Positions 30,298 to 38,219 of a stretch of 64,000 bases of DNA are shown here, one piece after another. A model generated the notes under the pieces. That model saw only the letters and a program-made list of their open reading frames with translations. It was not told the DNA's origin and made no database searches. Positions within the stretch are counted from its first letter, which is position 1. Each line of letters starts with the position of its first letter. The stretch is from Calditrichales bacterium (GTDB lineage Bacteria > Calditrichota > Calditrichia > Calditrichales > J004): NCBI GenBank assembly GCA_965267575.1, contig OZ254086.1, forward strand, positions 4,224,001-4,288,000, written 5' to 3'. The translations under genes and the position numbers were made by a program.

Positions 30298-31800
30298 CTA
30301 CCACGTGGCCAAAAAGAAGGTGACACCTCCTGAAAATATCCAGCCCTGCCCTTTTTCAATGCGGTTGAGATAGTGGCCGGGCTTCTCCACATAGCGCACT
30401 TTAAGCTGCGCCTCCAGCCAGTTGTTGAAATAATACTGCATTTCCAGGTCATTCAAAAAATTGGATTGCACCGGCTTTATGGGAAACGGCTCGTGCTCCG
30501 TCGGGAACAGATCGGTTAACTGCACCGAACCATAGCGCCCGTAAACCGTTTTGTTTGCAATGATCAGCGGAAACAATCCCCAATATTCCATTTTTAGCTT
30601 GATCTCTTCGCTGGAGGCCACCGGGTAACCCAGGCCCAATTCGCGGTAATGGTAATTCTCCCACGTGCGCCGTGACTGATAGGTGCGATTCCAGACGCGG
30701 ACGTAGGTAAGCGCCGTGTTCAAGCCTTCCATAAGCAGATCGCCGCTGCGCAGTGATGTCATAAGCGCCAGGCGGTCCGGCAGGCGGGCGCGGTCATCCA
30801 CGCCGGGATCGTTGTTAACGATGATGTCATCCAGCAGGAACTGGCCATAAAGCGTGATCCGTCGTGCCGGTTTGTAAAAAACATCAAGTGCCCAGGAACC
30901 GTTCATCTGCAGTTGATCGTTGCGTTGCAGCGGGTAATAAAAGGTCATCGGGTTAAGGAAAGAGGGCTCGAAATCGCGTTCCACGCCACCGTAAACGGCC
31001 ATTTCCGTAAAGGCCATCTGGAAATTCTCACTAAAGGCGATATCCAGGCGGTGGCCGGTAAGGAACTTGTTGGCGTCTTCAAACAAGGTGTCCGGCTCTT
31101 TGTCAAAAAGGGCGTCCAGTTGCTCCAGCCGGGCAAAGATGACCGACAAGCGCAATTTTTTCCAGGTGTAGGTAAACAGAAAGTGGTCGTAGCTGTAGGC
31201 CCAGTCGGAGAGGATCAGGCTATGCTCTCCGGGCGGCCCCCAGTTGCGCTTTGTCCGACCAACAAAGAAATCGAAAGCGCCAAAGTTGAGCCGCATGTAG
31301 GCTTCATTCACACGGCCGTACAACCAATCGGATGACTCCGACAGGTCGCCGGCAAACTTTGGGTCGCGGCGGTAATCACGATCCACGGTGGTGCGGTTGG
31401 CAAGAGTTATGTGCGGCGCGGAATAGTACACCGTCCCGTCCACGCGGAAGCGGTGAAGGCCGCTTTCATCGCTTTGGCGGAAATGGTTAAGGCCCCGCAA
31501 GCTTCCGGCTATCACCTGCTCCGTTGAATCCTTCATGATCAGCCCCGTCGGCAAAAAACGCCCCAAGCGAGGCTCGGCTTTCACAAAATCTTTATCATAT
31601 TCATAAGGCTGCGCCAGCACAAAACCGGGATTATATTCGCCGGCGTTTATTTTGTACTCCGCATAGCGGCTGTATATGCCGTCGGTTGCGGAAGTAAGCT
31701 GCGCGGGGAGCGGCGCGATGAGGAGCAGTGATAAAGTGATGAAGTAATGAAGTGATGATGTTATGGAGTGATGAAGTAACAATGTATTTTTATTTGGCAT
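30298..31800 (-). CDS. Outer-membrane beta-barrel, capsule assembly Wzi-like
   Basis: GR...WGP....SLILS, GHRL and E..VYGG..R patterns; C-terminal Trp; lies downstream of the polysaccharide locus. Confidence 0.7.
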   Translation of the reverse strand: MPNKNTLLLHHSITSSLHYFITLSLLLIAPLPAQLTSATDGIYSRYAEYKINAGEYNPGFVLAQPYEYDKDFVKAEPRLGRFLPTGLIMKDSTEQVIAGSLRGLNHFRQSDESGLHRFRVDGTVYYSAPHITLANRTTVDRDYRRDPKFAGDLSESSDWLYGRVNEAYMRLNFGAFDFFVGRTKRNWGPPGEHSLILSDWAYSYDHFLFTYTWKKLRLSVIFARLEQLDALFDKEPDTLFEDANKFLTGHRLDIAFSENFQMAFTEMAVYGGVERDFEPSFLNPMTFYYPLQRNDQLQMNGSWALDVFYKPARRITLYGQFLLDDIIVNNDPGVDDRARLPDRLALMTSLRSGDLLMEGLNTALTYVRVWNRTYQSRRTWENYHYRELGLGYPVASSEEIKLKMEYWGLFPLIIANKTVYGRYGSVQLTDLFPTEHEPFPIKPVQSNFLNDLEMQYYFNNWLEAQLKVRYVEKPGHYLNRIEKGQGWIFSGGVTFFLATW

Positions 31801-31884
31801 TTTTATTTTTTAGTGATTTAATTTTAAATGAAGTAAACCCGCTATCTAATCTTAAAGTATTTTTGACATTCTGAATGAAAAACA

Positions 31885-31957
31885 CGTCATTCTGAACTCG
31901 TTTCAGAATCTCTCCGACGTCCCATGAAGAAGATCCTGAAATAAATTCAGGATGACG
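31885..31957. repeat. CGTC-REP inverted doublet downstream of the GIY-YIG gene
   Basis: cgtcattctgaactcgtttcagaatct + 19 nt + agatcctgaaataaattcaggatgacg. Confidence 0.95.
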
Positions 31958-31994
31958 TTGACTAGATAGTATGGCATTAACTGTAGTAATATCG

Positions 31995-32288
31995 CTATAA
32001 AAGGTCGTTACTTAAATCCTTTAATTGAGGATTCATTTGTTTTATAAGATTAATCTTCCATTGTCGACGCCAATTTTTTAATTGCTTCTCCCTCAAAATA
32101 GCATAATTAATGTCGGAAAAATGCTCATAATATATTAAGTCTTGAAGGTGGTATTTTTTTACAAAATGGGAGCCCAGGCCTTCTTTATGTTCAGCAACAC
32201 GCCTCGTTAGGTCATTCGTGACGCCTATGTAAAATGTTGATCTGGATTTATTGCTCATGATATAAACATAACTGTTATGTGTTGGCAT
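31995..32288 (-). CDS. Small stand-alone GIY-YIG nuclease (UPF0213-like)
   Basis: YVY-x10-YIG, conserved Arg/His (RRVAEHK), Glu in REKQLKNW and C-terminal NP..KDL; 97 aa; AT-rich. Confidence 0.93.
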   Translation of the reverse strand: MPTHNSYVYIMSNKSRSTFYIGVTNDLTRRVAEHKEGLGSHFVKKYHLQDLIYYEHFSDINYAILREKQLKNWRRQWKINLIKQMNPQLKDLSNDLL

Positions 32289-32356
32289 CGCATATTTGGG
32301 TTATGTTTTGGCTTTACTGAATCTATTTTAAAATCGCTTTCAATGAAAGTGAGCAT

Positions 32357-32525
32357 GGATTCTGAAACGAGTTCAGAATGACGATGTGGGGTTTGCGCCC
32401 CCTATTACGTCATCCTGAATTTATTTCAGGATCTCCGGCACGGGACAAAATATAGATGCTGAAACGAGTTCAGAATGACGGTGCTGTGATGTCACCCCGT
32501 TACCCGGTTACCCCGTAACCTCTTC
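32357..32525. repeat. CGTC-REP single copy, inverted doublet and octamer tract upstream of the GIY-YIG gene
   Basis: REPs at 32357-32383(-), 32408-32434(+) and 32454-32480(-); gtcacccc gttacccg gttacccc gtaacctc starting at 32491. Confidence 0.95.
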
Positions 32526-34589
32526 CTACATACTCCGGGCGTTGTTGAAGAAGATGTTCTTCATGGCTTTGAAGAAGTATTTGACATCTGTGGTAAGGGG
32601 ATGTGTTTTTTTGGCGAGGAGATAGCGGCGCTCCGATTCCACGATTTCATCGAAGCTCTTGGGCATGTCGGCGTAATAGGGAGGCACCAGCCCCGGCTTA
32701 AATTGCGTACGCAGGGCGCGTACATCTTCCGGGTAAAGGCTGAAATAGTGTTCGCTGAGGGCGCGCACACCAACCAGGTTGATTTCGCCACGGAAGTAAT
32801 TAACCAGCTGCGGCAGCTCGTCAATCCAGAATTTGCGGAACAGGCTGCCCCACTCCGTCAGGCGGAAATCATTGAGAAATTTGCCGGTTTCATTGAGCTT
32901 GTTCTGCTCGTAGATGTAATCCTGCAGGTATTCCGAGTAGGGGTGCATGGTACGCAGCTTGTGGATATAGACGATCTTTCCATCCAGGCCCACGCGGCGC
33001 AGTTTAATGGTGGGGCCATAGGATGGGTTCCTGTCCAGCGACGGTGTTTTGCGCCGTTGGGCAACAAAATAGAGGTTTTCGTTGAAGACCTCGGTGGCAA
33101 CAATCTTAAAGCCGCAGAACGACAGGCGGCCCAATATCTCCGCTTTGGAGAGCACGCGATTGCGTCCGCGGGTGATGAAAAAATAGACGTGCTTGAGCAC
33201 CGGCATCTTGGGGAATATACGGTGCCAGGTGAAGTCGAGCGGGTAAATCACACGGGCGATGAATTTGGGATACTTGCGGTAGATGAACTTTTTGTGCGTT
33301 TCTATGGTGTGGGCGCGACCGATAAAGTATCCGCCGTTGTAAATCTTCTTATGCACTTCCAGGAAGTAGCGGTTAAGCCAGCGGAAGCCATTGACTTTCT
33401 GCAGGTTGGCGATAAGGCTGAGCGTGTGGTTCCCGATTACCTCAATGTTGTACATGGTGTGCGTATTCAGTACCACTGTCTGGCGCTCATCGTGGTCACG
33501 CAGATCAAGATGGCGGTCGAGCATGTCAAAAAGCTTGGGATCGGACTTGAGATAGTGGTCATGCAGCTTTTGACGTACTTCCCTGAAATCATGAGCGAAC
33601 TGCGCTTTGAGCTGCTCCGTTTCCAAAGGCAGCAATTCCTGGCGCAAAATGGCCTTAACAGCTTCCACTTCTTCCACATCGCCGCCGTTGGACGGTTTGT
33701 TAAGGCGGCGCATAAAGAGCGGCATAAAGGCCACGGTTTCAAGCGCCAGCAGCAGCACAAATGTGCCGAACAACTGTAAACGCGAGAATTCAAACAATCG
33801 GAAAGCAAAAACAAGCATGGCACTGATGGCCGCCATTAACACAGCCGCTTTTATGAAGGGCGCGCCGGCATACCAGATGTTGCGGAAATCCTGGCGATCA
33901 AATTTACGCGTCAGAAGCGAAGTGATCAGCCAGACGCCGAAAACCAGCAGCAACAGCTGTTCATAATCCGGGTTAAGCGCAAAAGCATCACGCTTGAAAT
34001 AGTTGACAAGAAAGAAGGATCCGATCAGCAGAAAGAGATCGGCAGCGAACAGCTTAAAGGAAAAATTGACATAGCGCAGCGGCAGGTTTTCACTGCCATG
34101 ACGGCTTTCATAAATGGCCCGGCCGCGCGTGTGGTAGAAAACCGAATAAAGCGCCCACTCCCCCGCCGCAAGCAGCAATACAGTCCCGAACACATGCAAA
34201 CGCGAGTACTCATAAAATCCGGCAATTACGATAACAATCGAAACAAGGTATAACAATACCAGGTTTGATTTGGCAACAGTGAGAAAAAGGTTCTTGTAGT
34301 TGGGATAAGAACGGATATCGAATTTCTTAAATATGAAGGAGTTGGCCAGCCAAACGGTATTAAAGCCAATCAGCAAATTGACATAATCCGGTGACATGAC
34401 AAAGGTACCGCGCTTAAAGTAGTTAAGCAGCAGATAGGAGGCGTTGACCAGGATAAGGTTGAGTACAAATAAAAGAGCAATGGCCCTTGTACCTTCTCGT
34501 GCCCTGGGTGTTACCGTTATTGTAAGATTATTTTCTTGTTCCGGCGTATTAAAAGGACTCACAATGCGCTTGATACTGCTTGTTTTCAT
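32526..34589 (-). CDS. Sugar transferase (phosphoglycosyl transferase) with duplicated N-terminal membrane module
   Basis: C-terminal RVG..GK, KLRTM, D.RLT..G, IDELPQ and GE..LVG.R motifs. Confidence 0.88.
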   Translation of the reverse strand: MKTSSIKRIVSPFNTPEQENNLTITVTPRAREGTRAIALLFVLNLILVNASYLLLNYFKRGTFVMSPDYVNLLIGFNTVWLANSFIFKKFDIRSYPNYKNLFLTVAKSNLVLLYLVSIVIVIAGFYEYSRLHVFGTVLLLAAGEWALYSVFYHTRGRAIYESRHGSENLPLRYVNFSFKLFAADLFLLIGSFFLVNYFKRDAFALNPDYEQLLLLVFGVWLITSLLTRKFDRQDFRNIWYAGAPFIKAAVLMAAISAMLVFAFRLFEFSRLQLFGTFVLLLALETVAFMPLFMRRLNKPSNGGDVEEVEAVKAILRQELLPLETEQLKAQFAHDFREVRQKLHDHYLKSDPKLFDMLDRHLDLRDHDERQTVVLNTHTMYNIEVIGNHTLSLIANLQKVNGFRWLNRYFLEVHKKIYNGGYFIGRAHTIETHKKFIYRKYPKFIARVIYPLDFTWHRIFPKMPVLKHVYFFITRGRNRVLSKAEILGRLSFCGFKIVATEVFNENLYFVAQRRKTPSLDRNPSYGPTIKLRRVGLDGKIVYIHKLRTMHPYSEYLQDYIYEQNKLNETGKFLNDFRLTEWGSLFRKFWIDELPQLVNYFRGEINLVGVRALSEHYFSLYPEDVRALRTQFKPGLVPPYYADMPKSFDEIVESERRYLLAKKTHPLTTDVKYFFKAMKNIFFNNARSM

Positions 34590-34699
34590 ATAAAGGAGTC
34601 GCCAATCTAATAATATTTCGCAATAATTGTATCGATATAGCTTGAAATAACTTTAGTTTTTTTGGACACGGAAAGTTATGGAGCGGCGGAAGTGAGAAG

Positions 34700-35285
34700 A
34701 AGTGACGGGGTAACCGGGTGACGAGGAAGAGAACCCATCCTGCCCTGAAGGGCATCCTTCCCTTAACCTAAGGGAAGGAACGGACCACTTCGTCATTCTG
34801 AACTCGTTTCAGAATCTCTCCCCCGTGCTGTGAAGAAGATCCTGAAATGAATTCAGCATGACGTCCTGAAGAGGTTACGGGGTAACGGGGTGACGAAGAA
34901 AGGGTTACGGGGTAACGGGGTAACCGGGTGACGGAGAGAACCCATCCTGCCCTGAAGGGCATCCTTCCCCCCGATAGAATCGGGACAGGCTTGCCTAAGG
35001 TAATGAGAAAACCTGTCATTTCGAAGCCCGGCAGGGTGAGAAATCCAGGATGCGTCTGCTGTCGGGATTTCTCACATTCGTTCGAAATGACAATAGCGCG
35101 AGTATTGCTTTACTTATAACATTATTTCTTCGTCACATCATCACTTCATCACTTTCTTCCGCTTCGTCATTCTGAACTCGTTTCAGAATCTCTTCCCCGT
35201 GCTGTGAAGAAGATGCTGAAATGAATTCAGCATGACGCTCGAGGCACTCTGTTACCTCGTCACTCCGTCACCCCGTAACTTCTTC
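34700..35285. repeat. Mosaic palindromic repeat cluster 2 (inverted paralogue of cluster 1)
   Basis: REP doublets at 34791-34863 and 35165-35237; TGTC doublet at 35014-35092; double hairpins at 34741-34779 and 34948-35000; octamer tracts. Confidence 0.95.
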
Positions 35286-36052
35286 AAAGCGCTTTTGATG
35301 ACGTTCTTAACGTTCTGCAAGACCAGCTCCCTGGCCCAGCCGAAGCCTGGTTCGAACCAGCGCTGGGGGTGTGTGTTGATGATGATCTTTTGTGGAAGGG
35401 TGCCCGCTTTGCAGGCGGAAATTATATCCTGTGTGCTGCGGATGCCGGGATCGATGCGATCGTTTAGTAGGGTTTTTCCGGATGCGGGCAGCAGCCTGTC
35501 GCGGACGTTGGCGCTTTGGTTGTTCCATTTGCGGCCGGTATCGGTAAGGTAGTAGACATCGCTGTAGTCGACATCGTAGTAGGGTTCGAATTGGATGCCG
35601 TAATCGCGGTAGTTGTAGGCGGACCAGATCTCGCGGTTGTCAATACGGGAGAGTGGACTGCCGTGCATGCATATCGTTTTAACGGGGTAAATTTCACGAA
35701 AGGCCTGCAGGTTTTGCTTAAACTTTTCGATGGCTTCTTGTTTATCGCCTTTGGCCAGGGCCAGGTCTTCGTAGTGGTAGCCTATCTCATGCCCCAGATC
35801 GGCAATCTTTTTGATGATCTCTTTATCGAAGACGCCGGGAATAGCGCGGAAGTAATAGCTGGCGGCAACACCCTGCTCTTTTTCCAGCTGCGCCATCCTC
35901 AGCGCGTTTTGCGGCAGCTTGTCCACGTCGTGACGCATTATCGCGTACTTTTCGGCAGAGACATCGTTAAAAGCCAGGAATGTTTTAAAGGTATAGCCCT
36001 GCTCTTTCAGCGCCAGCAGCAGGTTTTTGTAGGCAGTGAGGGTAAAGTCCAT
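35252..36052 (-). CDS. Polysaccharide deacetylase-like protein
   Basis: RHDVD, GHEIGYHYE, CMHGS and HPQRW motifs (NodB-like metal ligands). Confidence 0.8.
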   Translation of the reverse strand: MDFTLTAYKNLLLALKEQGYTFKTFLAFNDVSAEKYAIMRHDVDKLPQNALRMAQLEKEQGVAASYYFRAIPGVFDKEIIKKIADLGHEIGYHYEDLALAKGDKQEAIEKFKQNLQAFREIYPVKTICMHGSPLSRIDNREIWSAYNYRDYGIQFEPYYDVDYSDVYYLTDTGRKWNNQSANVRDRLLPASGKTLLNDRIDPGIRSTQDIISACKAGTLPQKIIINTHPQRWFEPGFGWARELVLQNVKNVIKSALKKLRGDGVTR

Positions 36053-36073
36053 TTTAGAATTATAGATTAAATA

Positions 36074-37168
36074 TTATTTAAATTTTTCCTGATAGTTAGG
36101 ATTCTCTTTCATGATTTTAACGCTATCAGGATAGTTCTCTACAAACCAAACTAAAAAGGCGGTTACATCTATTTTGTCAGCTAATAATGCTGCGCGACGC
36201 TCTTTCCATTGTTTAGCCAGATCTTTTGTGCTTAAAAGGCTTTCTATTTTCGCGAACATTGCATTTGTATTATTAGGTTTAAAGCCGAAGGTCAATCCAT
36301 ATTTATGTTCTTGTTCCTCCAAGTAGGAGATTTGTTCTACAAATGAATTACACCTAATTGAAGGTACCCCTAAAACCGCGGCTTCCGATGTCATTGTTTG
36401 GCTATCGCCAATAAACATTTTTGCAAAACTCAAAAATGAATGAATCTTATGTGAGGGAATCTTAATTTGATACTCTTTGAATTCCTCATCAATCTTGCTT
36501 TCAGTTGTAATAAATATCTTGCCATGCGGCTTTAATAAGGTAATAAGTTTACGCTTGTTTTCTAATGATAACCCAGATGCGCCTACGTCATGATGGGCTT
36601 TAAATGAATTAAACCGCAAAACAAAGTAAGGCTCACCTTTTTGCAAACCCGCTTCAAACAAAACGTTTTCATCAGCCTCAAAGCGGTTGGGATGAAGGTA
36701 GGCAAGTTCGTGATAACCAGGATAATAAAGCGTGTCCTTTTTTTGTCTTTTGTTCCTTAAGACGTCTGGAGACAAAAGGACATCCGAAAAAGGGTGGGCA
36801 AATTTAGCAAACAACGGCTCGACTGCATCGTCATCATCATCTAAAATTAACGATTTCATTTTAGAAACTTTTGAAGTATGTGCTAGATTGATGGAGGAGC
36901 CAATTCCAATATTGATACTATGGCGACGTACTAATGCCGCAATTTGTAAATCGTATTTTACTTGACGAAAGGCTTTCAATAACAAATTATCCGACTTCGT
37001 GCCAATGAGTGTAAATGGAATTTGATAAAAAGAAAGCAATTCTATTGCAGAATTAAGATTATTTTTTACAGATACAAAAACGGAATTACCTGCACCAGTT
37101 AAATCAAAGTAAAGATTCCGAAATAAATGAACATGAGCTGGATGGCCGATATCGATCAGAAAATTCAT
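36074..37168 (-). CDS. DUF354 family protein (GT-B-like)
   Basis: IDIGHPAHVHLF, HELAYLHP..F and GDSQTMTSEAAVLGVP motifs. Confidence 0.85.
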   Translation of the reverse strand: MNFLIDIGHPAHVHLFRNLYFDLTGAGNSVFVSVKNNLNSAIELLSFYQIPFTLIGTKSDNLLLKAFRQVKYDLQIAALVRRHSINIGIGSSINLAHTSKVSKMKSLILDDDDDAVEPLFAKFAHPFSDVLLSPDVLRNKRQKKDTLYYPGYHELAYLHPNRFEADENVLFEAGLQKGEPYFVLRFNSFKAHHDVGASGLSLENKRKLITLLKPHGKIFITTESKIDEEFKEYQIKIPSHKIHSFLSFAKMFIGDSQTMTSEAAVLGVPSIRCNSFVEQISYLEEQEHKYGLTFGFKPNNTNAMFAKIESLLSTKDLAKQWKERRAALLADKIDVTAFLVWFVENYPDSVKIMKENPNYQEKFK

Positions 37169-37174
37169 TAAGTT

Positions 37175-38176
37175 CTATTTGAGTTTTTGATATAACTTAA
37201 AACCAAAACTGGCGGCTTTAAAAAGTAAAGGTTTATGAATTTTCTCATATCTACCAAAATTTACAAAGATACCACCAAATTTCTTTTTATAGTCTCTGAC
37301 TCCATAAGGCACTCCCGGTTTTCCGGCGCCACCAAAATCAAATCTTATATAGCCGTTTGCTTTGCCCCACAAAAACACTTCCCAAGGGATCAAATCATTC
37401 GGGTATTTATTATAATATTCCTGATAGCTTCCGGCATACCAATCATAGATTGTTTTTTTAAAACACAAGGCATATAAAGTACCTATTATTTTATCTTTAT
37501 ATATTGCTTTAAAAATTTTGAAATGTCTCGGGCCAAAAATATCAAAAGCCTTTTCAAAATACGATAAAGCGGGTAAGGGCAACTTAGCTCTACCGTAAAC
37601 TTCCCTTAAAATATCATAGGTAGGTTTAATGTCTTCTTTGAGGCCGGAGACAGCAAAAGTTGTTCCTTGTTTTTTTGCACGTCTAATTTCATTCCGGCGT
37701 TTAGAATGAACCTCTTTCCAAAGAGTGTCCTCGCTCTGGGCAAGATCAACATGAATATTTAAATGATCTTCATAAATCCAACCGTTCTTTTGAAAAGCAT
37801 CTTGGATATTTGACATATCGTGCAGATTTCGAAATTGGGAATAGATCGCACGGGTGGAAGCAAGGCTGTTAAACGATTTTAAAATTGCATATGCAACATC
37901 ATTACGATCCTCCTTTACGAGAGGACCTCCAAAAATTATACATCTCCTTGATAAAAGACCAAGAGGACCTGAACCTTCTTTAGTAACTATGCCTAAAAGA
38001 CTGCCAACGATATTGTTATTTTCAATACATATTATTATAAGCGGCGTATAGTTATCTAAACTATTATAAAAATAATAAGCATCCACTGACTGAAAATAGT
38101 TATAATTTGGATGACCTTCGAGATATACTTTAAGATGTTCTAATTCTATTTTTGAAATGTCAGTAATAATCTTCAT
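37175..38176 (-). CDS. FemAB/GNAT family transferase
   Basis: KRRNEIRRA.K.G, WYAGS, FDFGGAG and YKKKFGG motifs. Confidence 0.85.
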   Translation of the reverse strand: MKIITDISKIELEHLKVYLEGHPNYNYFQSVDAYYFYNSLDNYTPLIIICIENNNIVGSLLGIVTKEGSGPLGLLSRRCIIFGGPLVKEDRNDVAYAILKSFNSLASTRAIYSQFRNLHDMSNIQDAFQKNGWIYEDHLNIHVDLAQSEDTLWKEVHSKRRNEIRRAKKQGTTFAVSGLKEDIKPTYDILREVYGRAKLPLPALSYFEKAFDIFGPRHFKIFKAIYKDKIIGTLYALCFKKTIYDWYAGSYQEYYNKYPNDLIPWEVFLWGKANGYIRFDFGGAGKPGVPYGVRDYKKKFGGIFVNFGRYEKIHKPLLFKAASFGFKLYQKLK

Positions 38177-38219
38177 TTACTAAAATAATAGTTGAGGTAA
38201 TTTGAACTCATTGTATTTT

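Noticed and set aside
32601..33779. Long plus-strand ORF of 392 aa (also 7686-8555, 5225-6010, 20208-20966, 156-647)
   Set aside because: Antisense shadows of well-supported minus-strand genes with no recognisable motifs.
29014..35237. CRISPR array interpretation of the 27-bp palindromic repeats
   Set aside because: Copies alternate in orientation, spacers are only 19 nt and often homologous to each other, clusters are dispersed, and no cas genes are present.
28925..35285. Classical IS, composite transposon or integron
   Set aside because: No DDE, HUH, tyrosine or serine recombinase gene, no identifiable target duplication, and the repeats lack attC core-site structure.
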